Positions 1 through 13,322 of a stretch of 64,000 nucleotides of DNA are shown piece after piece. This DNA is from the human T2T-CHM13v2.0 reference genome, Homo sapiens, in NCBI RefSeq assembly GCF_009914755.1, contig NC_060928.1, one strand, 5' to 3'. Every line of letters begins with the position of its first letter. Position 1 is the stretch's first letter. The notes beneath the pieces were generated by a model. The model searched no databases. It was not told where the DNA came from and saw only the letters and a list, made by a program, of their open reading frames with translations. A program made the position numbers and the translations under genes.

Positions 1-269
1 AGCTAGTATTTTGTATAACACACTTTGGGAAACACTGGATCAGAATCTCTAACTTAAAAACTACAGGTTGAAATAGCTCTGTATAGAAAACTAAGTAAAC
101 CTTTTCCTCTTCATCATACATCTCTCATCCCTATCATTTTTTGTCATCCATAAAAGGCATAATAATCACACCTCCCTTTGACTTCAAGTCACTGGTACTC
201 TTGGTGGATATATGAAATTATTTTGGGAAAAAAGCTTATAATCTAAAAATTGTAAATGAAAAATAATTT

Positions 270-775
270 CATTACTACCCTCTGGAGCATAGATTAGGCT
301 TAGTGACTTGCTTCCAGGGAACATAACACGGAAAGTGGGAGGAAAGTACCTTTACAGTAGAGAAACCTCGGCCAGGTGATCCAGGTTAATAATGTCAGTA
401 ATAAGTCAGGTTGCTATCATGGACCCCTGGTATGAGATGATGAGAACACTTCACCTCTGTAGTACTCTTCACCTCTGTAGTACTCTGTAGTACTGTCACA
501 GATAGAGGGAGACTAAGGAGATAGGCTGACTAAATGTAAGGTGGCATCATGGATGGTATCCTGGCACAGAAAAAAACACAGAGAAAAACTAGTAAAATCC
601 AAATAAAGCCTGGAATTTAGTTAATAGTGATGCACCAATGTTGGTTTCTAGTTTTTGCAAATGGTTACGTAGGATGATAAAACAGGGGAAACAGGGATGT
701 GGAGCATATGAGAAATCTTTGTACTTCTTTGTAAGTTTCCAGCAAATCTAAAACTATTCTTAAATGTTTAATTAA
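270..775 (+). mobile_element. Old L1M (L1MC/L1MD-type) 3' end fragment
   Basis: Contains aaatccaaataaagcctggaatttagttaatagtgatgcaccaatgttggtttct and aaatctaaaactattct, typical of L1MC/MD 3' UTR ends; boundaries approximate. Confidence 0.65.
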
Positions 776-1376
776 AAATATCAGTAATTGCATCTACAAT
801 TGCTGAGTATATAAATCAGGCCACATTAAAAGGGTAACTACAAGATAAGAGCATGAATCTGAATCCAAACTTCCAACTTTGAATCCCCGTTCTGCCACCT
901 GCTGACTTCACGATCTTAAGCCATGTCTAAATGTACTCATCTTTAAGAACGAATAACATTCTTAATTCATAAAGGCTAAAAGAGTTAATGATGCAAAGTA
1001 CGTGAAGCAGAGCATGGCAGCTGTTAAGCATTCCATTAGCTATAAATGTTATGATTGTTTCTTTTTATCATAAGTTTAGAAAACCTAAGAGTGCTAGTTG
1101 ACAGTAAACAACATAAAAATAAGTGATAACATGACAAAATAAACCAACTAATATAAATTAAACTACTATAGTAGAGTGTAATAGCAGTAGGGTAAAACAA
1201 AGGTAGAAAGTAAAATCTCTCCGCTTCATTAATCAGGCCCTATTAAGAGTATTATACATGAGTCTGAGTGTTAACAAGAAAATTTCTTCAAAGACAATCA
1301 AGATGCTCAAAACTGTGCCATATAAAGAGACAGTTGGAAGACCTGGCAATGTTTAGGCTGGAAAAATAGAAAACTA

Positions 1377-1723
<347 letters not shown>

Positions 1724-2444
1724 AACATGAAATATTTTCACATTAACACCGTTGAATATTTATGTAACAACTTCAAAGCCAAACTTGAAAGAAAATTAAA
1801 TAACTTATTTATACAAAGCAACTACTAATACTTAATAGTAAGAAATATTGCCACTCAGATGATGCACATAAAGAACATAAAAAATATTAACAGATCTGCT
1901 TTCTCTGGAATATTATATTCTATTATAATAAATAAACTCACACTTATGTGCATATAATATGCATCTTTTGCTTTTTTTATTTATGTTACTCATTAACATA
2001 CTAAGATGTCTTCAAGAGGATGGTACACAAGATGTATTAAAGTGATGACTTTTTAAAAATTGAATTTCTTAAGCTCTGCCTTTATTAAAAACCGAGCAAC
2101 AAATGTTCCATATTTTAAAACCCTAAAGCATATTTAAAAACTGGGGTAAGATTATATTATAAAAATAACTGCAAAATTGTTCCCACAATTATTCTCCTAT
2201 GCTATACCCTTTTTCTTTTCTTGACATTACACCCAGCATGGTACTTCACTCAATTAGAAGTTAAATAAATATTTTCCATGAAGCTTTGAAACATTAGGAT
2301 TTATCTGTAGCACATGGATGCAAGTATCTTAAATTCTCCTCTAGAAATGGGAATTTATCAAATAATGATGATAGATACAGAAAAAAGTAAACCCAGGATT
2401 CATCTCTATTTATTGTGCTTTATTAAAGCAGAAAGTATTATTGA

Positions 2445-3439
2445 AAATTGTCATCCTGCCAAACTAAGCTTCATATGTGAAGGAGAAATAAAATCCTTTA
2501 CAGAAAAGCAAAGGCTGAAGGATTTTGTCACCACCAGGCATGCCTTACAAGAGCTCCTGAAGGAAGCATTAAATATGGAAAGGAAAAACTGGTACCAGCC
2601 CCTGCTAAAACAAACAAAAATGTGAAGACCATTGACACTATAAAGAACTGCATCAACTAATGGGCAAAATAACCAGTTAGCATTATAATGACAGAATCAA
2701 ATTCATACATAACAATATTAACCTTAAATGTAAATGGGCTAAATGCCCCAATTAAAAGTCACAGACTGGCAAATTGGATAATGAGTCAAGACCCATCAGT
2801 GTGCTGTATTCAGAGGAGACCCATCTCATGGGGGAAGACACACAAAAGCTCAAAATAAAGGGATGGAGGAAGATTTGCCAAGCAATTGTAAAGCAAAAAA
2901 AAAAAAAAAAAAAAAAAAAGCAGGGGTTGCAATCCTAGTCTCTGATAAAAGAGACTTTAAACCAACAAAGATCAAAAAAAGACGAAGAAGGGCATTACAT
3001 AATGGTAAAGGGATCAATGCAACAAGAAGAGCTAACTATCCTAAATATATATGCACCCAATACAGGAGCACCCAGATTCATAAAGCAAGTTCTTAGAGAC
3101 CTACAAAGAGACTTGGACTCCCACACAATAATAGTGGGAGACTTTAACACCCCACTGTCAATATTATACAGATCAATGAGACAGAAAATTAACAAAGATA
3201 TTCAGGACTTGAACTCAGCTCTGGACCAAGTGGACCTAATAGATATCTACAGAACTCTCCACCATAAATCAACAGAATATATGTTCTCCTCAGCACCACA
3301 CCACACTTATTCTAAAATTGACCACATAATTGGAAGTAAAACACTCCTCAGCAAATGCAGAAGAATGGAAATCATAACAAACAGTGTCTCAGACCACAGT
3401 GCAATCAAATTAGAACCCAAGATTAAGAAACTCACTCAA
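2445..3439 (+). mobile_element. L1PA internal fragment (end of ORF1, spacer, ORF2 endonuclease), truncated at both ends
   Basis: ORF1 C-terminus PAKLSFICEGEIKSFT; ORF2 ATG at 2688; EN motifs LNIYAPNTGAP, IVGDFNTPL and SDHSAIKLE; A-run expanded at 2895-2919. Confidence 0.95.
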
Positions 3440-3472
3440 GGAAGAATGTTAGTGCTGACAGAAGTTTCATGA

Positions 3473-3610
3473 GGTTGGGTGTGGTGGCTCATGCTTGTAA
3501 TCACAGCACTTTGGGAGGCCAAGGTGGGCAGATCACTTGAGGCCAGGAGTTCGAGACAGGCCTGATCAACATGGTCAAAGTCTGTCTTTACAAAAAATAG
3601 AAAAATTAGT
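3473..3610 (+). mobile_element. Alu left arm, interrupted by L1 at the A-rich linker
   Basis: ggttgggtgtggtggctcatgcttgtaatcacagcactttgg...aaaaattagt runs directly into an L1 5' end; no right arm is found. Confidence 0.9.
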
Positions 3611-5681
3611 GGGGGAGGTTCCAAGATGGCTAGATAGGAACAGCTCCAGTCTACAGCTCCCAGCATGAGCGACGCAGAAGATGGATGATTTCTGCATTTC
3701 CAACCAACCTACCAGGTTCATCTCACTGGGGCTTGTCAGACAGTGGGTGCAGCCCATGGAGCAGGGCGGGGCATCGCCTTACCTGGGAAGCACAAGGGGT
3801 CGGGGAATTCCCTTTCTAGCAAAGGGAAGCTGTGACAGACGGTACCTGGAAAATCGGGAAACTCCCACCCTAGTACTGCGCTTTTCCAACGGCCTTAGCA
3901 AACGGCACACCAGGAGATTATATCCCACGACCTGGCTCGGAGGGTCCCACACCCATGGAGCCTTGCTCACTGCTAGCACAGCAGTCTGAGATGGAACTGC
4001 AAGGCGGCAGTGAAGCTGGGGGAGGGGCATCTGCCATTGCTGAGGCTTGAGTAGATACACAAAGCAGCCAGGAAGCTCGAAATGGGTGGAGCCCACCACA
4101 ACTCAAGGAGGCCTGCCTGCCTCTGTAGACTCCACCTCTGGGGGCAGGGCATAGCTGAACAAAAGGCAGCAGAAACTTCTGCAGACTTAAACGTCCCTGT
4201 CTGACAGCTTTGAAGAGAACAGTGTTTCTCCCAGCATGGAGTTTCAGATCTGAGAACCCACAGACTGCCTCCTCAAGTGGGTCCCTGACCCCTGAGTAGC
4301 CTAACTGGGAGACACCTCCCAGTAGGGGCAGACTGACACCTCATATAGTCAGGTGCCCCTCTGAGACAAAGCTTCCAGAGGAAGGATCAGACAGCAACAT
4401 CTGCCGTTCTGCAATATTTGCTGTTCTGCATCCTCTGCTGGTGATACCCAGGCAAACAGGGTCTGGAGTGGACCTCCAGCAAACTCCAACAGACCTGCAG
4501 CTGAGGGTCCTGACTGTTAGAAGGAAAACTAACAAACAGAAAGGACATCCACACCAAAACCCCATCGGTACATCACCATCATCAAAGACCAAAGGTGGAT
4601 AAAACCACAAAGATGGGGAGAAACCAGAGCAGAAAAGCTGAAAATTCTAAAAATCAGAGCGCCTCTTCTCCTCCAAAGGAATGCTGCTACTCGCCAGCAA
4701 TGGAACAAAGCTGGACGGAGAATGACTTTGACGAGTTGAGAGAAGAAGGCTTCAGATGATCAGTAATAACAAACTTCTCCAAGCTAAAGGAGGATGTTCG
4801 AACCCATCGCAAAGAAGCTAAAAACCTTGGGAAAAGATTAGATGACTGGCTAACTAGAATAAACAGTGTAGAGAAGTCCTTAAATGACCTGATGGAAGCT
4901 GAAAACCATGGCACGAGAAATACATGACGCATGCACAAGCTTCAGTAGCTGATTTGATCAAGTGGAAGAAAGAGTATCAGTGATTGAAGATCAAATGAAT
5001 GAAAGGAAGCGACAAAAGAAGTTTAGAGAAAAAAGAGTAAAAAGAAATGAACAAAGCCTCCAAGAAATACGGGACTATGTGAAAAGACCAAATCTACATC
5101 TGATTGGTGTACCAGAAAGTGACTGGGAGAATGGAGCCAAGTTGGAAAACACTCTGCAGGATATTATACAGGAGAACTTCCCCAACCTACCAAGGCAGGT
5201 CAACAGTCAAATTCAGGAAATACAGAGAATGCCACAAAGATACTCCTCAAGAAGAGCAACTCTAAGACACATAATTGTCAGATTCACCAAAGTTGAAATG
5301 AAGGAAAAAATGCTAAGGGCAGCCAGAGAGAAAGGTTGGGTTACCCACAAAGGGAAGCCCATCAGACTAACAGCAGATCTCTCGGCAGAAACTCTACAAG
5401 CCAGAAGAGAGCAGGGGCTCATATTCAACATTCTTAAAGAAAAGAATTTTCAACACAGAATTTCATATCCAGCCAAACTAAGCTTCATAAGTGAAGGAGA
5501 AATAAAATCCTTTACAGGCAAGCAAATGCTGAGAGATTTTGTCACAACCAGGCCTGCCTTACAAGAGCTCCTGAAGGAAGCACTAAACATGGAAAGGTAC
5601 AACCAGTACCAGCCACTGCAAAAACATGCCAAATTGTAAAGACCATCAATGCTAGGAAGAAACTGCATCAACTAATGAGCA
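3611..5681 (+). mobile_element. L1PA 5' UTR plus disrupted ORF1, 3'-truncated before ORF2
   Basis: Starts gggggaggttccaagatggc (YY1 site at 3622-3630); ORF1 ATG at 4613 with an early TGA and a frameshift; ORF1p C-terminal reading frame 4962-5639; homology stops in the inter-ORF spacer. Confidence 0.97.
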
Positions 5682-6074
5682 TATTTTCTTCTTTCATTAG
5701 TTTCAACGAAGGGCAAGTCACCACTTTACCAGGATCATCCCCTTCCTCTGTGCTCAGATCCCATCCCCACCTGCCTCCTTACAGAGCTCAGGTCATTGCA
5801 CTTTTTCTTTCCACCCTCTATCTTTGACCTCTATTGAATCTTACTGTATCCTCCTCATTAGCATTCAGGCTGGTTCTAGTCTCTTCTAGCTTTTTTCATA
5901 AAAGTGTCCCTTTGTCCATGTCATTCTCACTCAATAATTCATTCGTTCAATAAATATTTACTGAGCCAACTATGATATACCAGACACCAGTGACCCAAAC
6001 AGACAAAACCCTATCCTCATAGAGTTTATATCTTAAAAGGGGAAGACATATGGCTTGAATAAAATAAGCAAACA

Positions 6075-6364
6075 GGCCAGGCAAGGTGCCTCACACCTGT
6101 AATCCCAGCACTTTGGGAGGCCAAGGCGGGCAGATCACTTGAGGTCAGGAGTTTGAGACCAGCCTGGCCAACATGGTGCAACCCCCTCTCTACCAAAAAT
6201 GTAAAAAATTAGCCGGGTGTGGTGGTGCATCCCTGTAATCCCAGCTACTCAGAAGCTGAGGCAGGGGAATCTCTTGAACCTGGGAGGCAGAGGTTGCGGT
6301 GAGCCAAGATTGTGCCACTGAATTCCAGCGTGGGTGACAGAGTGAGACTCCGTCTCAAAAAAAA
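6075..6364 (+). mobile_element. Alu (AluS-type) inserted in an L2 remnant
   Basis: Full dimer; TSD-like aagcaaaca/aagccaaca; flanks resemble an L2 3' end on the minus strand. Confidence 0.95.
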
Positions 6365-6729
6365 AGCCAACAATCATATGGACTAGCAGATAATAGTACT
6401 GTGTTTAAAAATTAAGTAGCAGTAGGAGAAAAGGAATGGTATGAGAGAGCACAGTTTTAAATGGGGTGTTCCAGGAAGGTCCATTGAGAAATAATTGAGC
6501 AAAGCCCTGGAAGTTATGAGGAGTGGAGACCTAGGAGACATGGAGACCAAAGAGAAGAGCGTTCCAGACAGAGGATCTTCCTCTTTATTCTTTATGTTCT
6601 TTCTTCCATTATCATGGTTTACATACTACCTAAACGCTGATACTTTAAAATATATATCTGATTTCTCTTCTGAGCTCCAGATCTATATCTCTGCCGCCAA
6701 CCTCCCATCTCAATTTGGATGCCCTCTCC

Positions 6730-7189
6730 TGTATTGGTGTCCTGTCACTTCCATAACCAATTACCACAAAATGAGTGGCTTAAAGCAACAGAAATTTCCT
6801 CTCTCACAGTTCTGGAAGCCAAAAGTCCAAAATCAAGAATTTGTCAGGCTGCACTCTCTCTGGAGCTCAGCAGAAAATCCATTCTTTGCCTTTTCTAGTT
6901 TCTGGTGACTCCAGGTATTCCCTGGCTTGTGTCTGCAAAACTTCAGTCTCTGCCTCCATCTGCACATCACCTTCTCTTCTGTTTCTGTGTCTTCTCCTCT
7001 TCCGTCCTTTTATAAGAACACTCGTCATTGGATTTAGGGCCTGCCGAGATAATCCAGGCTTTTGGCTTCTCAAGATCCCAAAGTTAATTACATCTGCAAA
7101 GACCCTTTCTCCAAATGAGGTCACATTCACAGATTCTAGGGATTAGGATGTGGATGTATCTTTTGGGGGGCGAACTTTCAACTCATACA
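6730..7189 (-). mobile_element. MaLR solo LTR (MLT1B/C-type)
   Basis: Reverse strand reads tgtatgagttgaaagttcgccccccaaaagatacatccacatcctaatccctagaatctgtgaatgtgacctcatttgg, the MLT1C-like start. Confidence 0.85.
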
Positions 7190-7779
7190 TACTTAACATT
7201 TGTTACCATGTTTAAATATGAAAACTTGATCCCCACCCCCAGCCTCCCCTGCTCTCAATCTTCTCCTCCTCCAGTGCTCTCTCAGCAAATGGCTCTACCA
7301 GGTTCAGATGTTTATGCTAGCCACCTCTCCTTTATGATGTCTCTCTTTCCCTTACTGCCTCACTTCCAGTAACCTCTCTCCTTCTCCCCTTCCCTCCCTC
7401 CCCTGCTTCACTGCGGCTGTCCTATCCTAGATCACCATTTTCTCACAAAAGCATTCTATCTAGTCTTCTTGCTTCCAACTTTGCTGATATTCCAAATCGT
7501 CCTGATTTAGTGGCTTTTGCAGGACACATTCCTGCAGGTGGCTTATGAGACCCCACTCCCACCTGCTCCCCACAGGGATCTGGAGACATCTCCTTTCCCA
7601 GGCTCACTGCACAGCCCTCCCTTCCACCCATGGCTTTCAAATCCTCAAACCTGCCATTCCTAATATAACACCTTTGGCCCTTCATTTGTACCAATCTCTC
7701 CAACAGAAACACTCTTTCCAGCCTTTTTTCCAAAATTATTTCCTACTCATCTTTAGACTTCTCCTTCTGAAAAACTGAT

Positions 7780-7864
7780 TATTTTCAATTCCACATTTAA
7801 GTGAAGCCATGCAGTATTTGTCTTTCTGCATCTGGTTTATTTTTCTTAGCATAATGTCTCCCTG

Positions 7865-7915
<51 letters not shown>

Positions 7916-8565
7916 TTACATTTTTGTTTCCATATCTTGGCTATTGTAAATAATGCTGCAATGAACATAGGAATGCAGATATTTCTTCAAGATCCTGATT
8001 TCATTTTCTTTGGATATATACCCAGAATTGGAATTTCTAGATCATCAGGTAGTTCTAGTTTTAATTTTTTGAGAAACCTTCATAATGTTTTCCATAAAAA
8101 TTTTATCAGCTTAAATTCCCATCAGTAATGTACAAGGGTTCCCTTTTTTCTACACCCTTGCCAACGCTTGGTATGTCTTTTGTTTTTTATAATAGCCATC
8201 CTAACAGATGCGAAGTTATATCTTATATGGTTTTGATTTGCATTTTCCTGATAATTGGTGATGTGGAGCACCTTTTCATATGCCTGTTGGCCATTTGTAT
8301 GTCTTCTTTGAAAAAATGTCTACTCAGATCTTTTATCCATTTTTTAATTGGGTTGGTTTTTTTCTATTGAGTTATATAAGTTTCTTATTTATTTTGGATA
8401 CTAACCTTTTGTCTGATATATGGTTTGCAAATATTGCCTTCTATTCTGCAGATTGCCTTTTCACTCTATAGATTGTTACCTTTGCTGTGCTGAAGATTTT
8501 TAGTTTGATGCAATCTCATTTGTCTACTTTTGCTTATCTTGCCTGTGCTTTTGGTCTCATATTCA
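7780..8565 (-). mobile_element. L1M (L1MA/MB-type) 3' region containing an (AT)n microsatellite
   Basis: Antisense L1 ORF2/3' UTR phrases such as ggctattgtaaataatgctgcaatgaacat and gttttgatttgcattttcctga. Confidence 0.85.
7868..7912. repeat. (AT)~22 microsatellite
   Basis: Perfect dinucleotide run. Confidence 0.98.
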
Positions 8566-8691
8566 AAAAAAAAAAAAACACTGATCATTTATTACGTAAA
8601 TGCAATATCCTTGGAGTGTTGCAACTCTTTATTTGTTGAAAACTTCATAAATCCAAATAAGTCTTTTCCTAGAAGCAGTACTGACATTCAA

Positions 8692-8977
8692 TTTTTTTTT
8701 GTTATACTTTAAGTTTTAGGGTACATGTGCACAACGTGCAGGTTTCTTACATATGTATACATGTGCCATGTTGGTGTGCTGCACCCATTAACTCGTCATT
8801 TAACATTAGGTATATCTCCTAATGCTATCCCTCTCCCCTCCCCCCACCCCACAACAGGCCCCGGTGTGTGATGTTCCCCTTCCTGTGTCCATGTGTTCTC
8901 ATTGTTCAATTCCCACCTGTGAGTGAGAATATGCGGTGTTTGGTTTTTTGTCCTTGCGATAGTTTGCTGAGAATGAT
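8692..8977 (-). mobile_element. Young 5'-truncated L1PA 3' UTR
   Basis: Poly-T followed by atactttaagttttagggtacatgtgcac; TSD attcaatttt at 8686 and 8978. Confidence 0.95.
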
Positions 8978-9663
8978 ATTCAATTTTCAAGCACACAATT
9001 CTTTTTTGTTGCCATTAATGGAAGACATCCAAATCGCATCCCCTCAATGGGCTGTTAATGCCAGAAAGGCCTACAGACTAATAGGCCTACAACCTTCTTT
9101 TTACAAACGAAGACAGCTGAGAGGCAGAGTTTCTTGCCCCAGAGCACATAGTATTTTTCATTTCAGTGCCTGAATAAGATCTCTTGACTCGTAATATAGT
9201 GGCCTCCCAGTCTGCCTAGCTGTGTCTCATTTGAGAATGTGTGGGAAAAAATAGCCTACCAAAGAATTATGTTGCAAATTATGTAACTATTTGTGAATCA
9301 TTACAGATTTTTCTCATAAAATATAAGCAGTAAGGAAAACTAGTATATAAAAAAAGAAAACTAGTATTTATTGAGCCCCATGTCTACAATCTTTCTAGGT
9401 GAATTTCGTGTGCTCTTTCACTTAATTCTTATAAGAATCCTGTAAGTCAAATATTATTACTCCCATATTACAGAAGAGGAACTAAGAACAGAAATTAAGA
9501 GAATATAGTAACTTCTCAAAGCAATACACCTTGTAAACGGCATAATTCCTATTAGAATCCAGCTCTGTCTCAAAGCAAAATGTAATCCCTTTCCTCTAAA
9601 CTAAAACAAAAAAAAATGTTTTTAATGTCCACAGCTACTGACAAACTCTTCTGCTGCACCACT

Positions 9664-10328
9664 TGTTACCAATGGCAGGTATCTGAGTTACTGGCAACGT
9701 ACCCGTACGGGTCTGCAGTAACCTCAATTCTTGCCTCCTCAGAAGAAAGAATTCAGCTGAGAAGCATAGGGCAGAAAAGGAGACCGAGGCAAGCTCCAGA
9801 GCAGGAATGGAAGCTTATTAAAAAGGCTTTAGAACAAGAAAGAAAGGAAAGAACACATGGAAGAGATCCAAGTGGGTGACTTGGAGAACAAGTGCGGTGT
9901 GTAACCGTGATCCTAGGACTTTATACGCTGCCATCTTACGCCCTTTTCCCATGATTCTTCCCTTAGGGTGGGCAGCCCACATATCCAGTGCCCTCCTTAC
10001 CTTTAGGAAGTGAGCATGCACGGTGTGTTTAGGAAGTTATATCCATTCCCATCTGAGGCTTTCTTCCCTCACCCGGCAATGTGCCCCCAGAAGGCCATAC
10101 TCCACGATTTTGTCTCTTAACACGCATGCCCAGGAAGTTGCTCCTCCTTGGTGCCTGCATTCAATTAACACTTTAATGTTAACAGCTGTGGATCATCAGG
10201 AGCTTGTCTCTCCCTAGCTCCAGCTACTGGCAATGTGGTAATTGTCAAACCATCACCTGGCATTCCTACTGAGTCGGGGAAAAGCACCTTCTCCTATCTC
10301 GCTCATGCCTGTCTACCTACCTGTAACA
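9664..10328 (-). mobile_element. ERV1 solo LTR (MER50-like)
   Basis: TG...CA termini with 4-bp TSD CACT on both sides; the reverse-strand start tgttacaggtaggtagacaggcatgagc resembles the MER50 family. Confidence 0.8.
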
Positions 10329-13149
10329 CACTGACTGGTCCAAAAGCGTAAGGCCTTTCTCCAAAAGACTTCTTTAATTTTTATACACAAGTAAAGTACA
10401 AGGACTTCCTGAATTGTTAAGTTTACTAAAATTTAGTGTTTATAAATTAAAGTGAATGCATTACTACAGTTTGCAGAGAGCTCTAATTCAGTGTTCTACT
10501 AAAGGTGAACTAGTATACCAAGCTCCGTCATGCACGCCCACATAAAAATAGGGAGAATTCCGACCATTTTATGTTATTGGTTTATTGGCAAATCATCTGC
10601 GTAGTTTTCATATGATCATGATGCCTAGCTGCTGTTATTTCCACTTATGAACTCTTTATCATCTCTGGATGTTAGCAACAGAGGCTAGAGTATTGGCTCC
10701 AGAGTCAGACGACCTTCTCCTGTGCCCCTGGCCAACTTGCTCAACATTTTTATTTCCCAGTTTCCTTGCAGGGTTATCTCTCATAGAATCAAAGCAAGTA
10801 CATATCAGGCACTTAGAGTAGTGGGTGGAACATAATGGTTTCTTAATAACCGTTAGTTATTATTTCAACTTAGTTTTGTGAGACTATTTGGTTAAGTCAA
10901 TGGTCTCTAGTAACGCATATTTGCATAGTTTGGTCTTTCATTGCCTACTTACTGGAATTTAAGACCTGTATTATTAATCATCCATGACACCACTGTTAAA
11001 CAGATGATTTTATGATCCCCTTAACATTTGCTTGTACACTGATATTATCATAAATGTGGTCTGTGAATTTGTACTATGTAATAATTTGTAACATGTTACC
11101 AAATGGAATTCAATAAAACCCTTGTCATTTTTTGTTTTATATAGAACTGTTTTTTAAAATGTAAAGGCATAAACTTATTTTCTCTTAAATATAAATAATA
11201 ATGAATAATTTACATATTTTGGTATGAAAAGTTTTTACCTAGTTCTTTCTTGTTTTATTTGTTTTTTAACATTTCTCTTTCTTTTGGAAAGCGGCAATCA
11301 GTGCTCTAGGTGAGCCATAAAGAATTTTGCCCCAATAAGTGAAGGAGAGTCAAAAAAATTTGCAAATCAAAAAAAAAATCTATCACATCAAACTTCCAAA
11401 ATTATCATACTATCACTCGGCCTTGTACTATAGGTGTCTTCCCACATGCATCTTAACTCCTCAACAAGATTATATTTGCTGGAGGGCAGAACCCCTGCAT
11501 GAATTGTGTTGATGGATGGCCTCTTGTGCCATTGAGTGAAGAGTCTTGCATTTAGGAGTTTCTCCATAAGAAGTAAGAAGGAGGATTGGAGCTACTCCTT
11601 GAGCATATCCTTTAATCACACTCCATTAGATATGAAAATGATTTCTTTCATGATTGGGCTTTGGTTGGAAAATTGCTGGAATCAAAACACTGTTATAGAC
11701 TTTTAGATATGCTATGTGTTTGAACTATTTCTCTGATAATAGCAGCAGCACTGGAAATTTAACTATGAATTATAAACAGTTTTCCAACACCGGAACTTAA
11801 TAAGACTTCTTAAATGGCACAAGTCCAAAGTTAAAGGTCACAGAGAAAATGAGAGTCTGACAGGTACTAATGCCTACGAAGGTGGACTAGCATCATAAGA
11901 TGTCACTGCCTTTCACTATACCAATAGCACACTCCACCACTGATTGGCAGGAGTTCTTCCACTACTGGGAATTGATTTAAGTCACTCGAGATCTTTATTT
12001 TGACGATGATTGACATCTAAAGTGCCTCTCTAGCAAAAAGTTTTGCTACTCTGACCTTCAAAAATTTATGTCACAAGCTCCAAGAAAATGTGCCAGATGG
12101 TGAGGACCCACAGAGAATTTAAGGCAGCTAAGCTCATCCCTCCCCTTATTAAATGAGCATTCAAAATTTGGGAGGGAGGGAAACACCTGCCAAAGATCAA
12201 GACTGCTTATTACATAAGCATAAGAAACAACTCTTTGACTTTCTTTTACACAAAACACAGTCATGTTTGATAAGGACAATCACATGAGAAACTGGGGAGG
12301 ACCAAAGCTAGGTAGCTGCTTCAGCTTTAAAAGAAAACAATGTACCATGAAGGAAGACTAGACAACATTACCTCTCATATTGCTATTTCACTTCATTCCA
12401 ATATGTAGGAGGTCACTCATTCTTCCAAAGATGAATGTGGCCTTTATCTGTATCTATATTGGGAGGGGACAGTGACAGAAAAGATAAGAGCATTGTATGG
12501 AAGAAATAATTCTTTTTGTACAATATGGAATTATGTGTTTCCAGACAAATTTTTGCTTGTTACAAATACTTGGATTTTTTTATTTGTTCTACATGCACAG
12601 AGTTATTACAATTGCCATTGAAAGAAGTTCAATTTAATTTGATATGTTCATTCCTTAGTATATTAAGCACCACAGGGTACAGAGATGGGTAAGGGACGTT
12701 TATTTGTCAAAGAGTTTGTAATCAACAAGGAGGTGAGGAGTGTTGAAGAGTCATCATACTACAAGGTAGGCAGAGGAAAGTGTCCCTAGAGTCCAGCTGC
12801 CAGATGTTCTCGTTCCTGATCTGCAATTCACTAACCCTATAATCTTGGGCGGGTTATGGAATCTGGCAATGTCTCCTTGTCTTCATCTGGAAATAGGACA
12901 ACAATAGTTAGTAGAACACAGGTTTTGTCTGAGGATTAAATGAGTGAATACAGGCAAGTTCTTAATATGATGACTAGTACATGAGAAACACTGAATTCAT
13001 GTCAGCTATTACTATAATTAGAGTTACTCAATTTAAGCACTATGGTGTTTCCTAGGAAAAGACATTGCATGTAATTTAGAGGATTAGAAAATGTTTGGGA
13101 AAACAAAATGTGGCATTTGGAATTAGTCTCTTAAAAATCAGCATCATTG

Positions 13150-13322
13150 GATGGGGAGCAAAGGGAGGGAGAGCATTAGAACAAATACCTAATGCATGCA
13201 GGGCTTAAAACCTAGAGGACAGGTTGATAGGTGCAGCAAACCACCATGGCACATGTATACCCATGTAAAAAACCTGCACGTTCTGCACATGTATCCCTGA
13301 ACTTAAAGTAAAATAAAATAAA
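13150..13322 (+). mobile_element. Short L1PA 3' end
   Basis: gggagagcattagaacaaatacctaatgcatgc...aacttaaagtaaaataaaataa. Confidence 0.92.

Noticed and set aside
4962-5639. 225-aa ORF as a host gene
   Set aside because: It is the C-terminal part of L1 ORF1p; the upstream part has a stop and a frameshift.
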